From the NCBI GenBank assembly GCA_009914755.4, contig CP068257.2, forward strand, positions 17,920,001-17,984,000: 64,000 nucleotides of DNA. The letters run 5' to 3'. The position numbers and the translations under genes were made by a program. Below the pieces are notes generated by a model that worked only from the letters and a program-made list of their open reading frames with translations, had not been told where the DNA came from and made no database searches. Shown here in pieces: positions 43,455 to 57,302 of this stretch. Positions within the stretch are counted from its first letter, which is position 1, and each line of letters starts with the position of its first letter. This stretch comes from the human T2T-CHM13v2.0 reference genome, Homo sapiens.

Positions 43455-46400
43455 TCAGCACACACATACACAGATATTTAATTTGGATCATTTTATCTTT
43501 ATAATGATAAATCATGGAATGCAGAATTTATAATAACAAAAGCTTTTAGGACTCAGAAAGGATAAGACAGCTGTCCTGGTTCTTCAGTGGTGCATAATTA
43601 ACACTGGACAGATACCCTCTTGAATGCCAGTTGTCTCTCCAACTTAGATGCCTCACACTGATAACTAATGCGTCATCACTGGTGATTTGAATTAGACTAT
43701 GGAGTTCATTCAAATTGTATATCTAAACAATTTCAGTACTGGCTGATGTAACTTAAGTATCTGGCAAAGTATTTTACTGGTATTTAATTAAGCTTTGTTC
43801 TGTTTGGGTTAGCAGGTTTATAAACCAGTCAACCTTTTCATTAAAGTTCTAGGAATTTGGCCCCAATCCAAGTAATATGATTCTAAAGTTAACCTGTATT
43901 CACGAGTACTTTTCAGGGTCATTTTCGTCCTTCCGTAAGTTTCCTTAAAGACACCATATTCTAGGATTTTGCCTGCTTGTGAAGTTCTGAGAAACTGCAT
44001 CAGAATTAAGCAATTAACTGTGAAAATAACTTTAAATAACTATGACAACTGTTTGTGTCATAAAGACACAATTGACAAGGAAATTTGATGATTTCTGTTG
44101 TCTACAATAATTTAACATAATAAACATAATTATGATTGATGGCATATACTCAGACATATTAGAATTTTAGAAATCCCATACAATTTTAGAAAATACATTT
44201 ATATATATTATATTCCTTAATATATAACCTGAAAAATATATAACCTAAGAAAACCTTATTTCTTTTTTGACAATGCTTCTCATATAACTTAACATGGCAA
44301 ATAATCATCTTTATAACCTTTTGGATGCTTTAGGGACACTCTGCAGCATCCCAAAGTTATAGGTCAAAAAAGACTTAATTTTAAATCTCAAATTTGATTT
44401 TGGAAAGCCTGTCAAATATGCTAAAAGTTTGAAACACTTGACCAAAAAAGGTTCACAGTTCACCATAAAACAATAGTCATTCATTTAACCAAAGTGATAA
44501 TTAAAAGATTTTTAAAAATAAAAACTTGTACCCTTTGATAAAGGACACTTAGTTTTCCAAACAATCAAAAGTCCTAAGACAGCATGAAAGAGAATCTGTC
44601 TCTTCTTTCCACTTTTTTTTTCCTTTTTGCAGTTTACTTAAAAAGTAAATGAAAACATTTGACTTTGTCTTCTTAAAACAATACCAAATTTTCATTCAAA
44701 ACAGAAAACGCAATTTTACTTTTGGATTAGTGTATTATTAACACTAACACTAATTTTAATAAAACCTCATAAATAAATTTATAAAATCTATCATCTTTTA
44801 ACTACACACAATTTCCATAAATTTCATTTTACATTTTTCCTCAACTTTTTATATTCATCTTGTTTTATTTATTTTTTACCCCTTCAATTTGAAACCTTTA
44901 AGTAACCTTAAACCAGATAAAAATTTTAACATACATATTATGCCTTTTAAAACTTTCTTCATCAAATGCATATTTTCCTTTTGTTTCTACATTCTGTATA
45001 CAGAATTGTTTCTCTTATATGTAGTAGTTTTTAACTCTCAGCAACCCTAAATTCTAGTGGAAAGCCTAGAAACCAATTTTAAATTGTTTATATCAATATT
45101 TGTAGATAAAAACCATTTTATAATTTAAAAAATAGTTCTCTAATTATTGTTTATTAACAGATATACATATATTTAGCTTTTTTTATAACATATGAAAATA
45201 ATATATCAAGGTATATAGACTTAAACTCATGTTTAATAATTAGTATATCGGTATCTTAACTTGCAGATGACTCAGACATTTTATGATTGTCTATTACTTA
45301 ATTTAACATAACATGACTTTAAGATTTTAAGCCATGAAAAGAATTTTGAAGCTTTGACACAGGTAACCTTCCTAACATCTTTCTCTAGTAATTCTAGGTC
45401 TCAGGTAGCCACGAGGTACCCAGGAGTACTATGAAGATCAAAGCCTGTCTAAGTCCACCAGGACAGAAAACAGCTGTAAAGACTATACCTAAGAATCCAG
45501 TCCATCATAAAATAGCCAGGAGGCAAAACAGGGAAAGCAGAGGAAAAAGGGGCTATTTTGAGCTTGATTCTGGCTTGCAGCTGCTGATCTAGGGACGAAG
45601 AACATGTCTCTAGACCTCATCGTGGCCACCTACCCAGACCCCTGAATCCAGAGACTTTAAACCAAAGACATAAGGTCACATTCAAATCAAACAAATATCG
45701 AATTATTTTTAACCAATAATTTTGAAGCCATTTCTATTTCATCAACAATTTAAAAACTTGCTTTATTTACCAAATATCATATACACATAACACATGCAGA
45801 CATACAAACACACAGAAGTAGATTTTACAGCTCACAAAGGATCTTTATTTGCAGGCTTTTAAATCGTTTTTTTTCCCCATTCAGTCTATCAATCTTTCAA
45901 TTACCTGTTTTATTGCTGTAAGCAATTGCTAACTAGGCAACAAATTTGCATTTCTAAAGGGACAGCTCTTAGGTAGAAAAAATTACATTTCATTAGTTCA
46001 GAGCTGAGATATTAGGCCTAAGTATTGTGTCATTATTTGCTCAAAGAAAAGGCAAAAACAATTGTCCAAATAAAAGTTCACTTAAGACAAGATGGCCAAA
46101 AAATCACCTTAAACAAAGCTATGACTTATTTTGTAAATTTAAAAGGCTGGTAAGAATTTCTAATGTACATAGGCAGACATCTTTTAAAATGGAGATTTTC
46201 TTTATAGATGTAAATTTGTTTTACAAAAGGGTGTCAAGACAATCAATTAAATTCCATAAAAGTGTATTTTAGTTTAATATGGTGTTCATTTTTACTTAGC
46301 TACTGTTTTATTTTTGTTTATTTGCTTGTTTCTTTTTGTTTAGCTAAAATTACTGATTTCAGGATGAAGTTCATTAAGGAATAGGCCCAAGAAACCATTT

Positions 46401-47089
46401 TTCCTTCCTAGACTCAGCATGGATATATTGATAAAAGAATCAAGCCAATTTTTTTCAAGGACCTATCTTTTATAAAGGCTTTGCCAAAGATATATTTCTT
46501 TCCACTTTGGGGACAGGATGGTAACTAAGCCAAAAGGTAGCAGATTTCATTTTATCTATTAATTGGTCACTTAAGCTTTTTATCTGCCTTTTAAAGTCTT
46601 TAAATAAAAATACGGAAATCTTTTTAGAAGCTGCTGCATATCAATAGGCATCCCTAGATGAGGCAAATTTGGGAGCCATAATTTTCAACTGCACTTCAGA
46701 GCAGTGGTGTTCATTTGGAATGTCCCACTGTAACTAACCTCTACCAAGATTTCACCATTTCTGTAAAACTTTCCTTCTTCTGGTGCCTAATATTTATGTA
46801 TGTATAACCCAGAAGAAACACAGTTCTTCAAAAATTTAGGATCCCATTTTTAACTCAAATATTGGCTTTGGCTCTCAGATTCCCTCGATCTAATTAGCCA
46901 ATAATTTTTTCCCTACATAAACACACAAAACATTAAACAAAGGATGTAGAGCACAAAAATCTTTACGGGTTTCCAAAAGCCGAATTTTACATGTCTTGTA
47001 ATATTTCCATTTATTACCAGTTTCTTTCTGACCAAGTCAGACTTAAGAGCCTTGTAACTGGATCCAATCCAGTTAATTACCAGATCTGA

Positions 47090-47160
47090 TCCTGGACCCA
47101 GTCCAGTTTCTGTCATTACTCCCAAACCCAGTTTTGTCATTACTCCCAAACCCAGTTTTG
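47090..47160. repeat. Small minisatellite (~24-bp unit x ~3: cccagttttgtcattactcccaaa)
   Basis: acccagtccagtttctgtcattactcccaaacccagttttgtcattactcccaaacccagttttgatcat. Confidence 0.5.
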
Positions 47161-47439
47161 ATCATAAATATGTTCAAAGAAACTTGGAGAGCTCAAAACA
47201 CAAATCTGTGGAGCTTTGAAATCCAAGAGAACTTACCGTGATCCCCAGCTACCTGGGGAAAGCAGTGGACGCAGTGGGGTTGGTGGGTACCTCGCGTGGT
47301 CGCTCAGCACTCATTTGAGTTGTTAGACACTGTACTCCAGATCTTACTTCTGACATCATCTGTTAAAATAAAAGCCTTAGGTGATTTAATTTAAGACTTT
47401 AATTGTGCAAAGAATAATTTGCAAATTGGGCAGCCTCTG

Positions 47440-47760
47440 GAGCCAGAGTAGGCTCAGGGACCCCAGTGCAGCCACCTGGTGAAACATTTATGGACAGAAA
47501 AAGGAAAGTAATGTACATAATATGCAAATGAGGTACAGAAACAGCCAAATTGATTACAGCTTGGCGTTTGCCTTATTTGAACATGGTTTGCACAGCTGGT
47601 CACCTTTGATTGGCCAAAACTCAGTAATTAGCACAAGTGTAGGCTACAGCCTGTTGACAATTTCATTTAGGATATATAGTTCACAATGTACAGAGAAACC
47701 TTTAGGCTAAACTTAAAATATGTAAGGAGGTAACTTTAGGCTAAACTTGATTTAACAAAG
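47440..47760 (+). repeat. Copy 2 of the ~320-bp direct repeat (candidate LTR; pairs with 40915-41232)
   Basis: ccagagtaggctcaggg...acctggtgaaacatttatggacagaaaaaggaaagtaatgtacat...gaggtacagaaacagccaaattgattacagcttggcgtttgcc...cacctttgattggccaaaactcagtaattagcacaagtgtaggctacagcctgttgacaatttcatttagg...tttaggctaaacttgatttaacaa. Confidence 0.6.
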
Positions 47761-49134
47761 TGTACACCATGGTGAATACAAAATTAGGTATGATAAGAAA
47801 CAATTATTTAGAATGAGAAAAAGTAACAAATTACAAATAAATTTGTACAAAGCTTACAAATCCCATAAACAGAAAAATCCATACAGATAAACGTTTCTGA
47901 ATTAACTTCCTGAAACAAAGCTATAGCATTTTGTTTTAACTTTTTTGCTGCCTTCTTTTAGATTACTTTATCATGTGACAATTTTTAAATATGTTCTGTA
48001 GAGAGGGTTAATAGGAACTTTCATTTTCTATCAAGGTTAATCACAATGTATTTCTCACTGATCACTTACATAAATTAGGTTCAGGCTTATTTCTTTTTAT
48101 TCAAATTTATTTTATTTCATATTCATTCATCCAAATTTTAGTGTTTTTTTAATTTAGAAAAAAAACTCCTGTCTAGTTAACATTTTATATGAGCTGTAAG
48201 ATGTGACAGAATTTTTTGAAGACTAGTTTCTTGTGTCTTTCAAAAAAATTTTTTTTTTCTTTCTCTATTCCTGACATTATTCTAGAGACAGGTTCTGAAG
48301 GGCATGTTCCCATGTGATGTAACCTCTTGCCCTGCACATTTAGTCACAGTGTCACCGCAGAGGGCAAAAAAGTATATTCCTTGGAGGATATTACAATGGG
48401 GTGGCCATCAATATCAGTATCAATCTAGAGGGAAGTCACTCCAAAACCGCATGAAAATATCCCACTGAACCCAACTAAATAGATCTTCAACTCATGTTCC
48501 CCTTAACCCAGATCCTGTAACTGAACTCAGGTTCAGCTGCTCTCTACTCAAAAGCTCAAAAGCCAAAACTAAAGAGACAAGAGTAAGTGAGAGGAAAAGC
48601 AGGTCTGTTCATGAGCCCACAACCCCAGGAGATGGCAGATTTGCATCACAGAGACCATCTCTCATTTATCATTCTGGCCAAAGGGGATTCATAGGCAAGG
48701 GGCTTGAGAAACTGTGTGCAGAATTTTGCTATGTGTAGGTCAGCAGGTGTTGTTCCAATGATTATCTTGAGTAATGGGCCATCATCTAGTGGTCTGGCAG
48801 GCATCAGTGAGACTGCAGCATGATTGAAGATTAACTGCTCAGCATTTTTCCAGGGTTGGATATTTTACATTTCACAGCCCTGGCTTTATTTCAAGGTTAA
48901 TTGTCAGAGTTCGTAAGCAAGCACACAGTTAGGCATTGTGAAATGAGGAACGACTATTTACTTCTAAGAAGGGAGTGACTCCCTTGGTTACAATCTCAAC
49001 AATTATCTTGGCCACTACAAACACTGCATAGAAAACGAGAGAGGAAAGAAGAGAAGGAGAGAAAGGGGATGCTGCAGAAGAGAGATAGGGTGATTGTATC
49101 AGTCGGAGTTCTCCACAGAAGGAGAATCGATAGA

Positions 49135-49450
49135 TTATTTATATATATATAAAATATATGTGCTGCAAATATGTAGTTAAAATATGTAGTATTTTATATT
49201 TTTGAAAGTATTCTGTATTTATAAAATTGTGTAAAAATGTATAATATTTTACAAACATATAAAATATTCATTTATTATTGTTATTGATAAATAGACATGA
49301 AACAATGATATTTTATATGAAAAGCCATATTTTATGTTTTACATCAAAATATATATAATAAAATATAATACTTCATATGTATAAATATAGATATATATGT
49401 ACTTGTGTATACTTATGAATATATAAAAGTATACAAAAACACACACATGT
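49135..49450. repeat. AT-rich low-complexity region / degenerate (TA)n-containing simple sequence
   Basis: tatatatataaaatatatgtgctgcaaatatgtag...atatatataataaaatataatacttcatatgtataaatatagatatatatgtacttgtgtatac. Confidence 0.5.
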
Positions 49451-51249
49451 TAATTTTATTTTACCAGACTGACATATTTGTGAATGCTGACAAGTTGGTT
49501 ATTTATAGGACACAGGCTGAAAACTCAAGCAAGAGTCGATGTTGTGTTCTTGAGGCAGAATTTCTTTTCTAGGAAAACTCAGTTTTTGCTCTTAAAGCAT
49601 TCAGCTAATTGGATGAGACCTACCCACATTATCAAGAGTGATCTCCTTTACTTAAAGTAATCTGATTGTAGATAATAACATCTACAAATTACCTTCACAG
49701 CAAAGCCTAGAATTGTATTCAATTAAAAAACTAGTTACTATAGCCTAGAAAAGTTTGCACATGAAATTAATTTATACATGCAAAGTTTATAAAAAGTTAC
49801 GACACTATAAAGATGTTGCTATACCCTAATGATAAATTTGTTACTCTTTCTTATGGATTTTGCAGAGTAGCAAGTGCAGAACAATGCTGGCTAGTTTACT
49901 GAAAATCATTATGTATCGAGGTAAAATTTTTACCGAATAGGGGAAAATCCTGTGTTGTGTTGTTGTGGGGGTGGGGATCAACACTGGCATACTTGTTGGG
50001 AAAACAGACAGTTAGGTACCAGGGCAAATGATGCTTTTGGCACCGAACCCCTATGTTTTAGAAATTGGAACTACATTCACCTATGAGCAGCAGTGCACGG
50101 CTACTATCTTAGAACTGCCTTGGTGGCTGCTTGTACCTACCTACTCAATCAAGGAGTCCTAGTATTTCAAAAAGCTCCTGTTAAATAATCACACAAAAAT
50201 ACAAAGGACAAGACTGAAAGACCCTGAGTCATTGGAGATGGCAAAGTTTTGATGACTCACATTATGTCTTACCTAACATTTGTTTTTTATATATCTAACT
50301 CATTTTACAGCTTAACTCTTCTTTTAAAAACTTTTTTAAAATTTGGGATTATGCAATGATTAATAACTAAGAGGTTAAACTCATGATCCTAATATTCAAG
50401 AATTAACGTGTGTATGAGGAGGTAGAGGGAAAGATAGAAGCAACAAGCAGTAACATAACAGAAAATATATATTTTTTAGCAAAGAAAATTTATAGTAGGC
50501 AAACTAACTTCAGGGCTGTTGAAAGAGGGATTGATTTTTAAAAACACAAAATCCTCATAGGATTGAGAAAAAGTTTTTAAATATCAATTTACATTAAATA
50601 AGAATTTTGCAATATAGTACAAAAAAGAAATCTAAAGCCTTATTCTGTTACTGTAGCTAGCTTATACTTTGGAAGAAAGAAAAGAAATCAAATGTATTTA
50701 TTTAATCCTTTTTGTCAGTGATACCCAGGGTGAAGAATTCATCTGTAGCTTTTTCACTGCTGAGTTGAGTCTCAGAACTTCACATATATTAAAGTAAAAT
50801 GTTTTACCTTCTGATCCGAAGCCTTTAAGATACAGTTCATTTCTATTTATAAAAAGAAGGAGGTTTATGTAATTTAAATTTCATGGAAATTGTCTAAGAC
50901 TACCTCAGTTAGCAAAATAAAGCTTTTATTTACTACTTTTTGTTCTTAGAACGTATCAACTCAATTTTCAAAATTTTGTATGATTCACATTTCCTTTCAC
51001 ATTGAGTTACAGAAGGTAAATAAGTCATTAAAAGTCTAATATGTTTTCATAAACATTTAGAAGAATGTATTACAACAGCTAGAGAAAATAGATTTGCAAT
51101 TTCCTCTAAGTTCCAATGCAGTCACTGAGTTAACATGTACTTTTTAGTTAAATGATGATCATCTGGAGAAGCAAATATATATGTGCCTTTAAAGTGTTCT
51201 ACTTCTGAAAAGGCAGATAGACATTATGAAATGGAAAAATAACTCAATA

Positions 51250-51760
51250 AAAAGATACCACATATTAATAATTTCATTATTTGGTTTTAATAAAAATTTC
51301 AGAAACCTGGATTATTGATGGAGAGTCAAAACCAAGGAGGGAAGAATATGCTACAGTGTGGAGGAATCTTTAAAATGCTATACTAAGTGAAAGAAGCCAG
51401 GTATGAAGGTTACATGTTGTGTGAATCCATTTCTGGAGAATGTCCAGAATAGGCAAATGAGTAGAGAATGAAGATTGTTTTCAAGGGAAGAAGAGAGACC
51501 TGAAAGAAGCCAGGCATGAAGGTTACATGTTGTGTGAATCCATTTCTGGAGAACGTCCAGAATAGGCAAATGCGTAGAGAACGGAGATTGTTTTCAAGGG
51601 AAGAATAGAGACCCGAAAGACTAGCACCAGCAAGTAAATGCTTCTCCATGGAAATGACACATATCTATTCATATACACATAGAGCTATTTGGCAGTACAG
51701 AGCAAGTAACATGGCTTTACCTACCCTTTCAGGAACTATGAAAATGCAGATATTTCATGT
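51250..51760 (+). mobile_element. Probable ancient L1 (L1M) 3' end fragment containing the 51393-51618 tandem duplication
   Basis: gctatactaagtgaaagaagccagg...tgaatccatttctggagaatgtccagaataggcaaatgagtagagaatgaagattg resembles the L1M ORF2-end/3' UTR junction (atgctaagtgaaagaagccag...tgattccatttatatgaaatgtccagaataggcaaatccatagagacagaaagtagattagtgg). Boundaries uncertain. Confidence 0.45.
51393..51618 (+). repeat. Exact-length tandem duplication, 2 x 113 bp (~93% identical)
   Basis: Copy 1 51393-51505: gaagccaggtatgaaggttacatgttgtgtgaatccatttctggagaatgtccagaataggcaaatgagtagagaatgaagattgttttcaagggaagaagagagacctgaaa. Copy 2 51506-51618 has 8 substitutions. Confidence 0.85.
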
Positions 51761-52906
51761 TCTCAGAAGGAAGAGAACCAGACATCATGATAAACAGAAC
51801 TAGATTCTAAAACAATATACTTTTCTTTATTTTAAACTTGGAGCCAGGATCATGTGTTACCTAACCAAAAATAATATTTTATTTAAAAATACAGTTTGAT
51901 CAAAAAGAAAGAAATGAAGTTAGACAAATAATTACTGAAAATAATCAGTTTATAAGATATTATGTTAAAAATGAAGGGTTTTATAAAATCTCTAGCTTTC
52001 TATCACCTCTGTGCATTATTTTCTAGCATGCAGTGAATAATGCTGAAAAATAGACATAAATAAATAAACTGGTTATCTTTCAGTAATGGAAACATGAACT
52101 ATTCTTATTGTATTCGTGTACTCTTCTAGAGGTTTTTTTCACAATTTTTCTAAAGTACATATTTATGCTAAGAAGTAAAATACTAAATACAATTTTAATG
52201 TGATTATCATTTTTGAATGGCATATCCAGTTTTGTACTGCTACACTAGAATTTTGATCCCATACATAATATTTTGCAATCACTGTTAATACTTAAAAAGA
52301 AGAATGACTGTAGTATCCTCTTAAAATAATATACATGAAATCGCAATGATAATATGGTTGAAATCTTTTATGGCCAAATAACAATGCAATCCCGTGTGGA
52401 TATATTGGTAATCATCTAATACATATTTACATTATGATGGGTATTTTTGTTTTTTTCAATGCATTTGAAATTATGTATTTTTTAGATATAAAGCAATAGA
52501 CAGTAGAGGATAGAGTAGTATATAGGATTGAAAGCAGAAGGAGCTGTTATTACTCCAGGCCTGAAAGAACAAGTGGAAAGACTTGTACCAGAACCTAGAA
52601 GGATAGACACCTGTAAAAGAGGTCATTTTGAGAGAAGCAATGATGTTCAGTCTAGGGACCCAGCCAGCCCATAGAGTTGGGTTATGGATCAACCCAGAAC
52701 AATAAACACTCTGACATTCGCATGCATCCTCTGTCCGGTCTCCCTGTGGGGCTTTTATTGTTTGGATATAACTAGAAAAGGCATAGAAGTCGGAAGTTGT
52801 CGCATAGGTCAGGCTTCTGTGTGAGAGGGTGGAATGGGCAAGTGAACTGGGAGGAGCACACAGAGCTATCTGAAAGATGGACGCTCACTAAATTATACTT
52901 TGAGAG

Positions 52907-53612
<706 letters not shown>

Positions 53613-55094
53613 GAGGGAGAAAAAGGTATAATTTTTTCAAAGCAATCGTAGTCAGAAAAAAAGTTGAAATGACAATGTATTGGTAAGAAATTATAAGTTT
53701 TTTCTGGGGAAAATTATTTGGGAATAAAAATACTGAAAAATGAAGAGATTTATCATGCTCTATGCATCTATTTACAGATTAGGTCCATTATTTTATTCTT
53801 TCACCTGTAAATTCAGAATGAGAGAAGCACAAAATCTAATCTGTACATTAAAAAAGAGACTGGCAAATGTGAAAGAGACAAATAATCCCTTTTCTCTGGT
53901 GAATTATAAGCAATTATAACATTTAGTGACAATTTCTTTATACATTAAAGCTGTGTGAAATTTATTTTACTCAAGTAAGTAGGCCCAATTTAAGGGATGA
54001 TTTTAGAGAAGAACAAGAGATAAGACATAGATTAAGTAACCATTTAGAGAGTTTAAATGTGGAGGCTATGCACTTTGTATGTAGAGCATAATTTGTTTCT
54101 TTGCTTGCATTAATTGTGGCAGATTGCTTGTTGAACTGCCCAGACTCATTCTCCCTTTCTGTTGTGCAGAGGTGTTTTGGGGAGTGGTCCACCTGCCAGG
54201 CACGACATTTACCAGCTCCCAGTGAAACAGTAATTACATGTTGGGGAGTGGATGGAAGAATAGTGTGTGTCACTGAGGGGCTAAAATGGTGACTGCAATC
54301 TCCCAAGGGTTCTTTTGGTTCTTGTCAAACTTCTGGCAGCAGTGAATATCGGAGAGGAATCTGAGGACCTGCGCCATGTAGAGCCATTACGTACAAATAA
54401 CATGAATCTCGGAGTCACCTCTTAGTGGAAAGTTGTCCAGGGAGATCACCTTACCAAAAATATTAACATTTTATTTATTATGACAAAGAAAAGCGTGCCG
54501 TGTTAATGCACCTGAAAGTTGGGGATTATTTGTTGCATTAGCTAATACTAATTATTCTGTCTAAAATGGTAGCTGGTGTTAATCAAAATAGAGAATGGGG
54601 AAAAAAAAGAAAGGGAACCAAAAAAAAAATAGTCAGCAACGAGTCCAAACAAAGTCAGTGTTAACATATATAGGTATATATTAAATAAATATATATGGCA
54701 TATATACTTAATGTCCATTAAAATGTATATAATAAAGTGTAGAGATCTCATTTGCAGCTTAACTAATTTTTACATATGTGTATACCTGTCTTCTGCATGC
54801 AGCCTGTTGGTAAAATCATTCAAGGGGTTTGATTTTTTTATCAGATATTGTATTTTACTGTTTTATAATGACGTTTGGTTCTGTTTTTAAAGATTCCCAT
54901 TTCCGGTTGTAATTCTTGTCTTTTCATTCACTTGTCTGTCATTTATATTATTGAATATATAGAACATATTAAGAAATTTTTATTATATTTCCTTCACTAT
55001 TTTGATTATTGTTCTGCTTCTATTTGTAATTGGTTACCTTTCACTTCCCTTTTTGAATGTCTGGTTATTTTTAAAAGAACTATAGAGGCTCCAG

Positions 55095-55147
55095 AAAGTG
55101 TTTTTTTTGTTTTTTTGTTTTGGTTTTTGTTTGTTTGTTTTTTTCAA
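55095..55147. repeat. (TTTG/TTTTG)n simple repeat
   Basis: tgttttttttgtttttttgttttggtttttgtttgtttgtttttttc. Confidence 0.6.
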
Positions 55148-56901
55148 AGAGGGCTTTCCTTTTCCCATGTAGAGAGACAGGATAAATAACTGATAAGACA
55201 AATAAGACAAGAAATGCATTTGTTGTCCCTGGGCTGCAAATTTCATAAGACTCAATCTAACACTGGTCGGTTTTTGTTCTTGGGGCATATTCTTGGAAAA
55301 TCTCAAGCTTTGGGTTGAAAGCCTATTATGTTTTTTCCTCAACTTTGAAAGCCTGGGAAATCCTGATCTACAGAAGTTACCAGTTTCACTCACCCATCTC
55401 TTGCTCCTGAGGCGTCTAAAGATGGCAGACGCCTCAAAGACAAAATGAACTGTATTTGGAAGCAAACCCCATTTCTCTAAGGGAAATTGCCCTAAGTACT
55501 ACAAGATTATAGGAGCTTACTATTCAGCTTACTAGCTCCCCAGTCACCTGCAGGCAGGTCAAGATTCAGAATCTGCCCACTGGAGAAAACTGGCTATATT
55601 CGAGTATTCTCAAGTTTCCTGTTTCCCCTTTCCCCTATCAGCCCTGAACCAATTTCAAAACATTGACAATTTTTTTTTTTACCTTTGAGTTCCTCTGCAT
55701 AAATCATTCCTCACCCAGAGCCAAGCCCAAATGTGGTTCCAGAGCAAAATCAGCATTTGCCACCAAGAAAAATAATAGCCACTGATAGGGTAGTTAGCTC
55801 ACCAAAGAAGAGTTTCCTGTCTTGAAATTTCAATTCTATTTTACTTTTGCTTCCATTGCTCTTTAGTTTCTTTAAAATGATAATTTTTATAATACTTTGA
55901 GCTTTTTGTAATTGTTACAATTGAACTGTTAAGATCATAACGTTTACATGTAATTTATACACAAACACAAATATATGAATTAAGTGTTTAAATGTGTTTT
56001 AGCAATCATATGTATACAATAAAATAGAAGCAGGAGGCCTCCATAGAAGCAGGGAGACACAACAGAAGCTATATATATATGTATACATATACTTCCACAT
56101 TAAAGTACATACCTTTTCAAAAGGGAGAGCTGGTCTTTTAAATTATTAATACATTTATGGAGATCCTGTAACATTTCCAGTGGCTTCCTTGCACATTTAA
56201 ATAGATCAAAAATTCTTCCTAGGGGTTAAAATATTATATCATCTGATTACAAACTGATATTCTGATTTTATAATTTCTAAAAGTTGGAGCACAACTTTTG
56301 GAAATTACCTATTCATTAAAAAGAAGTTTCTGTCTTCAGATTTTCCTATCATAGGGTCTACCACCCGATCTAATGCTGCAATGTCCCTATCTCTCTCCTG
56401 CCACTTTTACACTTACCTCACATACATTGACCATTTTCTTATCCTTGAAAATGTCAAGCTTATTTTCATCCCAGTTCTTGATCAGTCTCACATAACTATT
56501 TGTCTAGGATTATTGAAGTGGCAAGTTACTCCACATTATTTAAAAACCAAATGAAATGCCACATCCACAGAGAAGCTCTCCCTGAACACCTTCCTTAAAT
56601 TAGCCTCTTCTCATCATGCTCAACTATAACACTATTTCACTTCCTTTATAGTATTCATTCCTATCTGAGGCTCACTCACTTATTTATCCATTCACCATTG
56701 CATACTTTCCAACATAAGAAACGTTACAATAAAGTTTCTTGCATCTTTTTCTTTGCCATTTATCAAATTATTTCTAGAGCATGTATTTGCCACACATCAA
56801 CTTGTATATTAAAGTCTATGCTGCATTTTTTCTTTCACTCATTTTGCTATCCTTTCAGAGAAAGATTTTACTAACGTGTGTCTATACCAACAGTATGTGT
56901 G

Positions 56902-57302
56902 CTACAGTTTGAATGCTTGTGTTCCTCCAAAATTCATTTTGAAACAGAATCTCTAATGCAGTAGTATTAACAGGTGGGGCTTTTTAGGAGGTTATCAAGT
57001 CATGAGTGCTCTTCTCTCTGAATGCGATTAATGCCCTTATTGAAGAAAGAGGCTTCACACCGTGTTCAGCCCTGTAGCCCTTTTGTCCCTGCCACCATGT
57101 GAGGACACAGGGTTCCTCCCCTCTGGAGGATGCAGCAACAAGGAACCATCTTGGAAGCAGAGAACAGCCTTCACTAGACACTGAACGTGCAGGTGTCTTG
57201 GTCTTAGACTTTCCAGCCTCCAGAACTGTGAGAAATAAATTTCTATTGCATATAAATTATTCAGTCTGTGGCAATTTGTTACAGCAGCACGAACGGGCTA
57301 AG
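56902..57302 (+). mobile_element. ERVL-MaLR-type solo LTR (MLT/MST-like), plus orientation
   Basis: ctacagtttgaatgcttgtgttcctccaaaattcattttgaaacagaatctctaatgcagtagtattaacaggtggggcttttt...ccaccatgtgaggacacag...cttagactttccagcctccagaactgtgagaaataaatttctattgcatataaattattcagtctgtggcaatttgttacagcagcacgaacgggctaag. Confidence 0.75.

Noticed and set aside
47270-47330. Locally CpG-containing GC-rich patch (ggacgcagtggggttggtgggtacctcgcgtggtcgctcagcac) just upstream of repeat copy 2
   Set aside because: Only about 60 bp with 4 CpGs; far below CpG-island criteria. It could be part of the repeated element's flanking sequence; no promoter call is justified.
41233-47439. Searched the interior of the candidate LTR pair for retroviral features (tRNA primer-binding site TGG... 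after copy 1, polypurine tract before copy 2, gag/pol-like ORFs)
   Set aside because: None convincingly found by eye. The sequence after copy 1 (ttcttccccattggtcatcc) is not a known PBS, and the longest ORF in the interior (106 aa at 42811-43131) has no RT, integrase or Gag motifs. The provirus interpretation is therefore kept only as a hypothesis in the findings, not annotated as an ERV feature.
55034-55465. Longest ORF in the window (143 aa, minus strand), K/R/S-rich
   Set aside because: Low-complexity composition, no recognisable domain, overlaps a (TTTG)n simple repeat and AT-rich sequence, and has no splice or Kozak context. Most likely a chance ORF in AT-rich DNA.
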